Assembly (NCBI GenBank): GCA_040954595.2
Contig: CM082577.2
Coordinates: 6,312,301-6,376,300 of the forward strand
Length of the DNA: 64,000 bases
From: Balanoglossus misakiensis
Lineage: Eukaryota; Animalia; Hemichordata
Reading direction: 5' to 3'
How positions within the stretch are numbered: position 1 is the first letter of the stretch; the number at the start of each line of letters is the position of its first letter. This document shows positions 12,665 through 26,400 of this stretch, piece after piece. The translations under genes and the position numbers were made by a program. The notes beneath the pieces were generated by a model. The model was not told the DNA's origin and made no database searches. It worked only from the letters and a program-made list of their open reading frames with translations.

Positions 12665-14417
12665 ACAGTGGATGTTCATTAGGGCGCCTCGGGGGCATGC
12701 CTCATTCACAAACCTCAAGATCTCTTTTGCCACCATCCATTTTATCAACAATAAATTTCTGAATCAATAGTTGCTTTTGTTGAAGTTATTGAGTAAAAAA
12801 TAAAAAAAGGACTCAATCGTGCTCGCTTGAATGGCTATAGTTGGGAGACCATTGTGTTTGACGGAACTTTCCAAAGGGGTATTAAAATCGAGAAACCCAC
12901 TCAAACATCATTGTGACCTATATTTGAAACAAAAGAGGTAAACAAACTTCGGCATATTCATTACTCAGCGAAAAAAAGAGAGACACGGATCGTCCAACTT
13001 ATGAATTCAACGTCGAAGATGCATCCATTAATGCACTCACGAGAGCAAAAGAAGTTCAAACGTGCCACGAATGAATTCATGTCGATGCTCGCAGTGTTTG
13101 CAGAGTAACCGAGCCCGGACTCCCATGGTCCCTTTTGTGTTGTGCCACCGTTTTGATAACTCAAGAAACACTGCAGAGGTGAATTTCCCATGCGGCCAAC
13201 AGCCGAGCTCAGACAACGTTGATGTCGAAGAATAGAAGTCGACTAGCACGACAATCTTTAGCACAATTGCAACAATACAAGAAAATTCAACTTCGTGCAT
13301 TCTCGGTCTATGCCTTCATCCTATACATGTAAATTGTGTTCAAAATAAAAATTGACTTAGAATGTACTTTTGATGCAGTTTTAGGTAGCTCACTGTACTG
13401 ATTAAAAATAATTACTGAAGTTGGTTGACTCGGCCTAAAATTGTTTCCTTTTAGATAAAGTGCAATGGTAATTTAAATATAAAATGTATTTTGTCTCCCA
13501 TTTCATTGTTTTGACGACATTGGCAAAATCGGTTTTTAGTCCCCACTTTACTAGCCACCTTATCAACTGAGATCATATTGAAGTCTGCAACATCAGCTGA
13601 AACTTTCACTGAACTCGTGAACTAGAAGGTTACGGTTGTATGCAGCACTTATTTGGGTATAAGGTTCATAGTGTTCTATATGTTTGGCTGGTTTTGCACT
13701 AAAGATCATGAAGCCTTTAGGCTACCTGCTGAGTTTTTCAGGCCGAGGCAAAACGGCAGCTATGATCTCAGCTAAGTCTATTCTCAGTGTGACCGAGTTT
13801 CACGTTGCTCACGTGACCCAGCCCAATATGGAGGTCGAAAAAAACCGCGCACAAACGTCAAATGGGTTGGACTGCATTGATTCGTTGACAGGTGCGAGTC
13901 GTTAATCGGAAAGCAATTTTGGAACTAGTCCAGCCTTTTCAAAATAAAGATAAAGATTGTTGATTTTACACTATCGGCGTGGAAATTAATAAATCTAATT
14001 CATCAATAATTCACGTCAGTCAAAGTTTTTGACAGCAGCAGAGGTTGCCGACCCTTCACATCAAAGCGCCGTTTTCTCTCCGATCGAGTAGAGTTTTGTT
14101 GTCGGGAGGCCTTTTATTGGCGTTTCCTGAACCCACATCCTCAATTCGTCGACGCAGTCACCTATTATATGAACGTGGTGTGCTGACAATACACCTCTAC
14201 AAAATCATTACCTTGCACTGACCCTTGCCACGTCACAAGTGCCTCGGTGACGTCATTTTCAAGTTCACTGCCCATTCCATTCAAAGTCACTATATTTGTG
14301 TTTACGCAATAACCAAGTGCGTCTGTTTTGTCACAGGGTGTCTTCTACTCGTCGAACAGATTTTATTCCGTCGGCCGGGTTTTACATTCGTTACGTTTAC
14401 ATTCGACAGTATCTAAA

Positions 14418-14562
14418 TGTCTGTCTGTCTGTCTGTCTGTCTATCCGTCATCTGTTTCCCCTCTGTCTGTCACTATCTCTGTGTCAGTCTCTCTGCATAT
14501 ACATGTATCTCTCCCCCCCCCTTCAGAGCTACCCTCCTTCCCTCCCACCGTCTCTCCCCTCT
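14418..14562. repeat. (TGTC)n microsatellite followed by a pyrimidine-rich low-complexity tract
   Basis: About six TGTC units at 14418-14442, then a degenerate CT/CCT-rich run. Confidence 0.8.
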
Positions 14563-17069
14563 TTGACGACGTGTAAAATACAATAGCAAACGTCATATGA
14601 TGGTGAATGTGCATTCATCTGGAACTCCGTCATATCATTTAACCAAGGATTCATTCACTCTGAAATGGAAATACAAAAACATATAACAGTGCATTAATCG
14701 CTTTTATATTCTCAATAAAATACATGAAGCATCAAGTCGCTTAAACAACTGTGATTGGTGTCTAAGCCGGCCTAAACTCTCAGGCTACTCAACTGTATGT
14801 ACACTTTAAGGTGAGTTTCGGTATGCAACTTCAAAATTACTGGTCAGCACGTCAACCGTCGAACTTGTATCATTTAATATCTTAGGTAAAGTATTAAGTT
14901 TTTTTTTCGCCATCTTGTTCGCGCCAATTTTTGCAGACTACACTCGTCACGTCGCGACAGAAAGTTCTCGGTGTAACCCGAACACGCTGTACGACGCAAT
15001 GAGCGCGATTGTTTTCCTGAGTGGGTGGAAGTTGTGCCATGAATAGCAAATAAGCATTTTAGCGCCTTTTCCCTTCTTCTCATTCTTCCAAGTCACTGAA
15101 CCCGGTGACGTCATGAGTGTTTACGTCATCGCGTGCTAATGGAAAAATTGTTGGACCCTGGCTAGCGTGTGAGTCACGGAGCATCGACAAAGACTGTCAT
15201 GGTAGAAATAGCACAAATGAGTGGTTTACTTAGCATCTTTGCTCAACCGGCATCAATTTCAGTCTAAATATGTAATATTGGTTTTGCTCAAGTTTTGGAG
15301 TGTTAACCTCTTTGTCCGAGGCACGTTGACATCGACGTGTTTTTAAGAACAAACATTTCAGTTCGTGTTTTTTCCTCTTTTCCACTTTAACTACAGGCCA
15401 ACGTCCGTCAAGTTGTCTTGCTTCTTTTGGGTGTTGTTGTTTACTACATGCTAGCAGAGTTGTCAACCTTTTGCTTTAACGTACATCCTCGATCCAGGGT
15501 CTATGTTATACTCGATTATCTTCCTGATTCAGGAGACAGAGATTCGCCAGCATTGGTCAGATGCAATGTTTGTTTGTTTTCTTGAATGAATTTGTCACCT
15601 CGTGTAACTCGGAGAAGGTGCGGTGCTGTGTCTACTCGGTGTGCATTCAAAATCGATCTTTCAAACTTGCACAGCGGGTGGCCAGGCCCGGTGGCCACGG
15701 CATTATGTATGTGAGTTCGTTGTACTTTAGCTGTGAATTGAGAACTGGGGAAAGCTGTGTCCGAATTTAAATGGACGGTACTTCTGGATTAGCACTTTTT
15801 CCATGAATTACAGTCCCTGTAAAAATCTTGAAATACACAATCTTTTTCTTTTTAAGGTGTGCGGCTACGTGCACATATATTCAATACTATAATTGCTGAA
15901 TTAAATTATGGACCATAAAGCTCGACTGGTTATGATTGAATTTAATACCGGGCGCAAATTAGAAAAGAGCACAGTAAAAAAATACATCATATTGAAGACG
16001 AATATACAAGCTTCTGGAATAGCAAAAGAAATATGGGTTAAAACAATCTTGTAACAAATGGGGCTATTGTTCAACGTTCACTTCAGTGTCATCATGTCGT
16101 TCCGTTTCATCATTTTGATGAACTGCAATTCTTTCACATAACTTTGGCGGAGTCTTGGATAAATTATGACAATGATAAACATGTTCTGATGAAATCTCAT
16201 ATTAGCGAGGTATAAATTTTCGGGTTTGCTTTGAAATAGTACAGGTACGGTTGGCACTGTAACCCATGGGCGTGCCCGTGAAAGAAGCCCACCAGTGTTT
16301 TCCGTCGCAGAGTACCCGGACTTAATCAATTGTCTTTGAATTGCATTGTTCTAGATCAGCTGTCTTCTCCATCTAGGCCTGTGTTTGTTTGTAATGGTCT
16401 GCATCCCCTCGATTAGTCGGAACAGCGGTGGCCACAACATCGCACCGACCACTTATCATAACCATGGCAACGTTGAATACATTGTATTTCGATTACATCA
16501 CTTTCGTTAGGAACAGAAAAGAAATTATACACCTGAAGTGTTTAGACATTAGGTATTTTGCACCCAAAAGAATAGGCAGAAAAGAGTTCCAATGACGGTG
16601 AGTTGCTACTAGAATGACCCAGAAACAGAATAATGTAAATGTGTCAAAAAAAACCAAACGTGAAAATAGAATTAGAACTCATTTAGGAAATCACCCGTAA
16701 ACCAGGTTGCAGGACTTTGAGGCGAAGCATCAGAAGTAATGTCTCTGCTCCGCTTCGGTTACTTTCTTTGTTCACAGGTGTCGGGAAGAGTTATTACCTG
16801 AAAGGCAGAGGCGATGGCGAAAGACATGATTTTGGTGACCTCTGACCCGTCCCTGTGGCAGCCGAGACAGAGCGGGGGGACGAGGGTTCGACGAGGTTAC
16901 CCAGTCTCCAGGTGTCGCGTCGCATAACTCATTCCGTTTTCAATAGGGCCGAATGTTCGGCGGGGGGTTTCTAGATCAATATATCGTTCGGGCCTGACCA
17001 ACAGCAAGACTATGGCTGCATGTTTGAATGCCTAACTACAACTACAGTAGTAGCGCGGGGAAATACCTT

Positions 17070-17419
17070 TTAAAGGTAGTATGCGCCTCGGTGGACAGAT
17101 TTTCGGTCAGAAAATGGTAGTCCTCCAAACATTTCAATTCTTTGCTATATTAAAGTGTGGGAGAAGTCAATTTGAAAACAAAGAAGAAAACAGATCGTTT
17201 ACCGTCTTGCTTTTGTTTTTGTTTTTAAAGTCACGAATCCATAGAATTATCATAGAGATTGGCGGCCATTTTGAATTTCAGATTTGAGTCAATTTTGCTC
17301 TGTCATTCAAAATTGTGCACGGTGACTATTCTCAATTTTAAGAGAACAAATTCTTAAGTCGGCTTGAGAAAAATGTGACAAAACGTTTAAGACTTTCGTG
17401 GCGTATACTACGTCCTTAA
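17070..17419. mobile_element. Non-autonomous TTAA-flanked DNA transposon (MITE; Kolobok/piggyBac-type target site)
   Basis: The left end reads TTAA-AGGTAGTATGCGCCTCG. The right end on the minus strand reads TTAA-GGACGTAGTATACGCCACG, so the core GTAGTATRCGCCWCG matches 13/15. TTAA is present at both ends (17070-17073, 17416-17419). The ~340-bp interior is AT-rich and non-coding. Confidence 0.7.
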
Positions 17420-20400
17420 CGCTGTCAATGATAAAATGAGAAACGTTCGACCACAAACTCCTCAATGAGCTTTGAATATTCCAATGAATCGATTGCAAAG
17501 TCCAGTCCGCGTTCGCGGGTTGACCCGGATTACTGGGACACAGAAATTACTTATTTTTGGCCTGATTTATTCGCGATTTGTTGTCGCAATTTTCCGCGAG
17601 ACCTTAATCCCGGCTCAGCCAGCAGGAATATGCCGAACCCCGCCAGATCCATCACCATGGCGACGCAAATCCGAACCCATGCAGTAAAGTCCCCACGCCC
17701 AATCGTGATCGTGATTAGATTCGGGACAACTTCGCGATGTAGGGCGAACCGCGTGACCTTTGACACCGAGGATGAGTTACCTGTTCGCGTTTTGCACGAA
17801 GGACTGTCGCGCCGGGATCGCTCTGGGCCACGCTACACTTCATAGCGACCAGGTACGCCGGCGATAAATTACACTCGCGACGGAAATCCACGCTTCAAAG
17901 TTTCCCACGTCTGACTGTATAAGATGTCGGACAGCTTGACTTAAGAGACACGGAGGACATTTCAGATGATGACCATGTTAATAAACTATGGCACAAGCAG
18001 TCTCAATGCACAACTACCTATACAGAACACTCCAAAGTTCAATGAACGCAAAGTATAATTTTAACATTTACAATTCGCGATCACACTGACATTACACATA
18101 CACATACGCACACACACAAGACCTAACTTAATCCACTGGTCAATATTAAACCTTCAAAGCAACTGTCGCTTTAGTTAATTGTGGGAATATATTTGGTTCC
18201 AAAATCCACACGCAAAACAAACAATTGGTTTTAGTTCATATACTATGTCTGTGATCCCTCTGTTGACATTGCTAGGGACAATACCAACAACACAACTATT
18301 TACAGTTTGCGAAAATCCGAAAATAGTTCGCGGCTCGGATAAGCGATTGTCCCGACTTGTTACTGTGTATGAGTATTCCGGCCGATCGATCGACAGGCCT
18401 TTCCGGGTACTTTACACACTGAAGGAATTCCCGGTCTCATCTCACATGGTTGCTAAGTTATAGTCATCGTACAGATGTATTTTTTCTGTCTCTGACTTCA
18501 AAAAACCTCGTTGAATTCAGTTTCTGTGATAAATTCACTTGTGTGCCAAATTTTACCGGACCGGTACACTCATCTTCCATGAAAACTGACCAATCCGAAG
18601 CTAGGAATTAAACATCGTTGCAAGGGCAGCACGAGTTACACAACCGCCGACAGATGAGCAAGATTTCGGACAAACGACAAACCTGAGAAATTATCCCCCG
18701 TTGATCATGACCTAGTTAAAGGAAGTAACTCAGTCAAAACTTTTATTTTGTAGCTAGCTTTCCCATGCCGCTTTCTGACTCAGTACCGGCCACTGACCAC
18801 ACAGTTTTTTTTGGAGTCACGTGGCTTCAAGCGAGTGACAAGCGGTATACAGTAGTCTACCGTGTGAAGTCTCTTGCATCCCGTCAATGATGCGGTTTCT
18901 AAACGGTCGCGTTTCCCTCCTTCATTCACAGAACATATATACTGGTACTCGAATAAAACACAATAATTTCCGACGGGCTCGTATAGATTTGAGCCAGTGC
19001 ATAGTTTCACTTCTCCCCACGAGAACATCATCAATGCATTTTTTTACTCTATCCGTCATCCAGCATGCGACGTCCCACTTATTTACATGATGTGGTACAG
19101 CTCTGAGGAAAGGACGAGAAGTGCGAACAACCATGGGGCCTGTCCGGGACCCGGAACTCAACATCCTACGATAATGAGACTAAAACCCTCCGTGAACCCC
19201 CCCCCCCCCCTCCTCCAAAAGGGAAAGCACAATTACACTAGCCTGGAGACGTTGGGCGGCTTAGCAATCGCCGATAAGTTGGAGCACTTTTCCGCGGGGT
19301 TCTTACAGTTGTATATTATAAAAGAAGTGAAGTGAATAGCCAGTGTGAGCACACACGCCTCCACCCCGAGCAAAACTCAAAATCTCAGTGTTGTGCGCCG
19401 AAAGTCCCGCGAAAATCCGGACACTTGTCGGTTTTCTGGAGCAGAAACGAGACTATCAAATAAATGAGACGGACTATGGCTTTTTCACCCATCTTTCAAC
19501 ACGAAATACGCGGGCAAACAGAGAAGTGCTAAAGCCCCAACCTCTCTTCTGGCTACTGGTTTATTGTGAACATTTGTTGGACCGAGTACTAGAAAAAGCC
19601 GCGGGGCCGAAGAACACCGATCGCCTGGAACAATTCCCACAAAAGTGCATCTACCGCGCTTTTTTGTGTGACATATTTGTAAACGTCAAGGTGAACTATG
19701 GTTTCTCCGCAAAATAGGGGATACAGAAGTATTTAGGTCGGACGGTCCCGACCCAGTTATAATTGTTTCCTTTCCACTAAAGCGGCGATGTACTTTTTTT
19801 TCAAACAAAAAATCCAAGCCGGCATTCTCAGCAACGGGGCCGTTCCCCGCCGGGGCTGGTCGGACCTTATCAGTCAGATAATTGATTATAACACTTTTCC
19901 CCTGTCGGCAACCTGTTTTGTTTCTCTTTGATAGCTTGTTATCTTCCGTTCGTATCAGCAATAAAGCCAACATGGGATAGAGGTATAATATTTTAAACTT
20001 TATATATCGTTTTTCGGGGTGAAGGAGGCTATTTAATGGCGTTATACCAGTCGCCGCCGACCAGAAATGCACTGCTTACCATGCTGTTGTCATGGATATA
20101 GCCATCCCTTGTACACTCACCTGTTCTTTTTGAAGTGTCGGTTTCCACGGAAACGCGCGGTCGGTTTCTTTTCCCTTTGCCCCCCGCCGACAGCCGGGTG
20201 ACCCGGAGACCGGCGGTCTTCCATTCCGCGATGCCGGTTTCCATGGTGACCGTTGTGTTGCCACTTCCCCGTCGAGAAGGTGTATTTTCGTTCTCCTTTT
20301 GAATCAAGTTAAACACACTCGTGTTTCGAGTGTTCTGGAGTGTTTTCTTTAATCTTCGTTTTCACGCTTTTTTCTGCCCCCGAATCGCACAGTCGACAGC

Positions 20401-23400
20401 AGAATCCGTCGGCCTCCCCGCAAACGCTGAGTTCAGAATTCGCGCCATGCCGAGATTGTCACCGCCGAAAGAAAACAACGCCGGCACGCACGACGCGTAA
20501 AAACGCTTCTGAGAGGGGCAAAACTCAGAGCCTTGGCACGAAACACAACAACACCAACGTAGATGAGAACGGATTACGAGATAACAAGATGGATCTTTGT
20601 GTCACATCTCAGCTTTGTTAAAAATCAGCCTTTTTGAAATATGTACGCACATGTTGCGTCTGTAGTATAGTGTTTTGCAGATAAGTCTACAATCGGAATC
20701 AACATCCAATCAATTTCATTTATTCCGTCGAATCTTGTCTTTCATATCACTTAATTTTACAGATATCGTCAATAATGCTAAATTCTAGTACTATATATGA
20801 GCCTAACGTTGCCTTGGTTTCAAGTGCTCACTAGGTATATCTTGCAATTCAGGTGTTTTTTGGTAAGTTGGAAATATATTAGATTGAGGTTATCCATATT
20901 TTGAGTGTCCTAAAAAGTGGGTTAATTATTCTTTTAACCATTATCAGTGTGGTATTTTTTTTTCATAGTCCAGGTCTCCAGTAACTACCACCGCGTGTAG
21001 TGTTTGAAGTCGTAGTAATTTTCCGTCAATTGCAATGCGCATACATGTGCGAAAAAAACAACACGGTTATCAGAGTAAACAGCATATCATCACTTGTGAC
21101 TAATCGACTGGCGATATACCGCCCCCCCCCCTCCCCCGGTATCAGTATCCGGGAGCTGGTTCCCGTGGCAACGGAACCGCCGAGTGCCGGCTTTCCGCTG
21201 CACATCAAAGCGCTCGGCAGCCCACGTGAGGTGACCTGGGGTAATGTTTGTGTAATTGGCAAATCCGATAGAACAATGGTCCCGGGATCACTCAAGGAGC
21301 ACTTGGTATACATATGATTGTCGTCTGTACCGGCTCGTAACTCATCCGTGTAAGTACACTCACAGGTGGAATTTTATGGTCCCCTCCGATTCCGTTAGAT
21401 TAAAATCACAGAGCACGCCGCGCGGAGTCGATTTTCTCACGATTCAAACTCTTTAAGAGCCTTCTCAAGAAGTCATAATGAGCCAAGCATGGGAGACAGG
21501 ACCCTAGTTTTCCCATGTCTTCACCGACTAATGGCCCATACACTTATAAGTGTCTGTCACTATAGATTCCACATCACAGTCATCAGGTTCGTTTAAACCC
21601 GTTCTGACCCGGCCCGGCGATTGTACCCCCTATAGCCTAGTCTTTCCCTCCGGCCAAATTGCGTGGTTCCGGTAGTCCGACCTTCCCTAGTATTTTTCAC
21701 CTACCGACCCTAAACTTTTTAGAATCAAGCAAATGCCCAGGGATCGAAGCATCGCAATATACGTGGGAGTTTGCATTGAAGAAAAGTCAGGTTGCTAGAT
21801 CTAGATTAGTGGGGTACTACAACTTGAATGACATCACCGACTTTTGTTGTTGTTAATGAAATGATCACACACCTTCCTAAACATTTGGACCCCTTAAAAA
21901 CTTCGAGTCGCAACATAGGAGTAAAATATATATATGAAAAAAAACTAAAAGACTAATTCTAATCGTTGTCATTTATTTTTAATGTAGACATTCCTATTTG
22001 GCACTTTAAAATGTTTTGCACATTATAAATCAGAGTACTAGGAATTTACATGCGCGTACTAAAAGGTGAATACAATGAGGGTTTGCCTCCTGTCACAGGA
22101 CATCAAGTAACTCTACAGTTAGTGACATCCCCACTATATAAACGACCAAAAATCGCTGTTTAACACTGTATGTACACAAAACATTTGCGCTCATTACCAG
22201 GATATTGGTTTTTCCCCGTTATCGTTGACTTTGTCGTATTTGCCGACCCCTTGACGCCGGCCGCTGGTCCGTTGACGACGCAAAAACGTTGAACTTAAGC
22301 ACAACACTGGAATAGTTGAAGATCGAGGGGGAAATTTCTGAAAGAACCAGAGAGACAACACTTTGAGCGCCAACTTCAACAGCGTGTGTTTGTTGTACTA
22401 AATGTGCGAAAGTATCGCTTACTGATCTCAAATATATATATAACTTTTTTCCCCGTGGAGTTTTGTCCCACACGGCCGCCCCGGTCGCTACTGCGATGAG
22501 CCAATATAGACCGATCACTCTTGTAGTACAGACATGTTGTCAACGGTGTTAAATATTGAACGTTTCGGATAAACACACATGTTTTAGCAAGGAAATTCCA
22601 GTTCAGGTCAAAACGTGCCCAAGACATTTATTTAGGTCTGTCCTCGCCCTTGACATAGTTTTCTTGGGAAAGTCAAAACTAACAAGTTCCATAAAAATGT
22701 GTTGTTTTTGTTTTTATAATAGACCTGAGAGCATGAGGGCCGTAACTGCGCTCACATTGTTAACTCATTTGAGTGGAAGATGTTCTCACCAGCCAATAAA
22801 TCTCAGTGGTATAGGGGCACCAATTAGAGCTGTTACGCATTTATTCCAAATGAGAGGGGGGTAATTGTGGGGACACTGAAATATCAAACACGAGTTCCTA
22901 GCCATTTGGAAGAGACGATGGTGTACACCTAGCACCGGCAAATTTTGCTGGAAGAAGATTTTCGGGAATAAAATAAAAGATATATAAATTAAGGCAGTAA
23001 TACACTAAATCCCGCTGTGTTAAATGTAACGGAAACATCTGGTATTTTTTGACCCCACACAAGATAGCGATGAAACTTTGAAAGTTCTGATGAGTTTCAC
23101 CTGTGGAACTGCGTCGCTGGGCGGGTATGTCCAGTCTACTTGAGATGCACAGTGTTAGGAAGATGACAAGTTCCATGGTGACATTTTCAAGCAGTTAAAA
23201 ATGACGCGCTGTCACTTTCAGAAGGAAATAAAAAGTTGATTGTACGTCCACGCGTCGACTGTAATTGTTGGTTCCTGATGGCGTCGGCTGGCAACCCAAC
23301 TGTCCGCCGCGTTTCAGTCCAGTACTTCCTTTTTTGTGGGTCTTCAAAATTTTGTAATTGGTATTCGCGATGTGACACCGCTGTGGCTATGTTGCATGTC

Positions 23401-26400
23401 CACGCGTGTGCTCGTTCAGCTCCGTCGGCCGGAATGAGAAAATCATAGATGTTTGGAAGCAAGAAAGGTAACGGTCACTCTTCAAAGGGTTATGCATGCG
23501 GGGTGACAGGTAGCGGCTCGCCAGGCGACACGAAAACCAACCAGACGAGCATGTCATGAGATCAATAGCAGTCCCGTGCCATATCGCCGATAAATCCCCT
23601 TAAAAACCTGGAACAAGAATAAGCAACAAGAGACAATTTGTGGCCATACAAGATATACACATCGTTTTTTAAGTTGCAACCGAATCTGCCAAAATATGCT
23701 TAATATTTTTAAACAATCATAGCCAGCCTGTTGCGAAGTTTCCCTGTAAAACATTACCAGTCGACCCTTGTTAGTGAAACGACACAGACTTCCGATATCT
23801 CGCACCAAAACTCTCATCCCGAAGAACGACAGACAACTTTGTAACCAAATGGAGCGGCAAACCCGTCTCCGATTCATCGCTGTATTTCCTTTCTACGGTA
23901 ATTAGTTCGGGCGTTCTTATCGGCTATTTATTACAACACAGATCGTTCTACGTCCCAAACACCGAAATTACAAGCATTTAGCCGACATCCTTCATCAAAA
24001 GATCGCGGGGCGTAAAGATATAGGCAGCGTCTCCGCATCGTCGGAGCTCGCGTTGAAATCACTTTGGCTACGACTCGCGCGCCACGTGGCCGATAAGCCG
24101 AGGCGCGCGCCCAGATCCGCTTCGCGTAACAAAAACAATAGCCCAAGCTTGCGCGGAAGCTTTTCAGTAAACTAATCTTGACGCTGGCAGTGTTTATCCG
24201 GGGGTGAAGCTCTTTCTAATACGCTTATTATTGACCGACAGACGACACCCTGGTAACATTTACGTCACCGTCAACTTTCATTATCAATGGTTCGGACGAT
24301 CAGAGGTGATTGCAGGCTGCATGGAATTCATCTCATTTGTTTGCCATAGACAGAACCACCTCGCGTTTTGTATCGGAAGCTCGAGACCATCAAATTTCCC
24401 GCCCAATATGCCACACAAATATGAAGACCAACATCTTGTAGGTCAATAGATCCTACATTACCCAAGTTCCTTACACGCATTTCACGAAAGAAGGAACATA
24501 ATTCTAGTTACAGTACCCTCTCACTCATATTAAGTTGAAAATGTAAAAAAGAATAAAGGTGCCTACCCTTCACCTATGCCGTTGCTCTTTCTGTTGGTCA
24601 GATTGACTTTTGCACGAAGCAACGATATTATTTTTTGAATATTATCCTCTTATTTTTTGTGTCAACAATATTGCATTTTTATTGTCCTATTTGATATACA
24701 TATGGTTCAAGTCAATATTTACAGTGCGTATACTATCCCTTTGATGGTAAGTCAACGGACAGAAATGCCGCGTGTGGCGCGCACCTGAGGAATTCTCGCT
24801 CGATATTTTTTCTTTCATCCCTTTGGTACTCAGAGGAAACCGAGTGTCCTCATAGCTGCTTTAGTTCCGCAGATTATCTGCTTAATATTTGGATATCTTA
24901 ACTCGGAACTGGCGAAATCGTCCCAAGGACTGGTGCATGCAGGCCTGCGTGGACGTTGACAAGAGATGGCGAGAAGCCTCAATATATAGAGTGACTGTGA
25001 ACTGAATGCAGTGTAGACTGCAACAAGACGATATATGTACTGTGTAGCCGGAGACAACGTGTGTTTATTTATGTTCGCGTTAAAGCTGCGTTTCAGTAAA
25101 GGTCGTTGACATCTTTGTGTCTCCTCGGATATAACTACTTTCACTTCTTCTACAAACGACCATGATGATGATGCTGACGATGATGATGCGCGTTTCAACC
25201 TTTAGTCGAGAGACGGAGACAGAATTCCGCAGTCTCGGGGGAGGGAGGGAGGGAGAGAGATATACAGTTTAATACTAAAAGCGAACATTACAGGAAAGCG
25301 ACAACTGTTGGGAAGTGACGTCACGCAAAATCAAATTACACGATATAATAACAAAAATATATATCAATGGAAATGCGAATGATTTCCGAATGAGTGCCCC
25401 AATCTATATCCGGTACCCAAAGTCGACATCTGGGCGATATGCTGACCACGATTGTGTTTCTTTTTGTTCAATTTTCGGCCTCTAAGTGACATCCTGATTG
25501 GAAATCGGTCTAGTTGACCAGTGGCCAAAAATTGGCCAATTTTCTCCGTCGGACAACAAAGTAGGGTCAATTTCCACACCAATCACGCCGTACCTCTTTT
25601 CTCCCTTCTATTCAAAAAGACGTCGCCGGCAATTATCTCGCGAGACTTTTCAAGTTCGCCAGAAAACTACCGAGCTTTATGGAACCAGTCAAGCAGTAGT
25701 AAATTTAACTACTTTGTAGTGAGTGAATCAACCCATCGCGTCATTACTGTAATTAAACCCCCGTCCACCTTATATTTCTTATTTACGATTGAATTCACGG
25801 TGTTATGAAAATCCCATTAAAAGTCGCCCGTTGGTTTGCGTGTTGTCAAGCCTTATGGGTACGTCGGGGCCGCGGGAAAAAAATCGGTCCCTTCAGGAGT
25901 TCATCAAAATTAATGGTGTTCCGAAATTGTCTTGGCGTAGGCTGTCGAGATAGCGACCACATGTCTAATTTGTGGTGTTGTCGATGGTTAACTGGTCAAT
26001 TTCGGACCATTTTGGCATTACGAGCACTTGCTTTATCTAATTCTGGTATACAAAGGGATTGACCGAAAGCATGTCTGGGAAATCATTCGAATTATACTGC
26101 TTCTCTTGGCGGTCTTATTCTACTTGTTATATGTGGTGCCCAAATTTGTAACTGAAATTTTAATGGCGGACACATTCCCAGGTCACTGAATAGCCATGCC
26201 GAACTAACTTCGGACGTCCGACATTTTTTTTTCTTCGGGGCGCAAAGCCTGAAAGTCCCAAGCCAACATGTGACTCCCTTATAATACGAGCACAGCTTTG
26301 AACTCATATTAGCTAATTTCAAGATACGCTAACCGCTATTTGTAAGACACGTACAAATAAAAACAACATTTTAACGACGCGACCACAATCTGCCGCCAGC

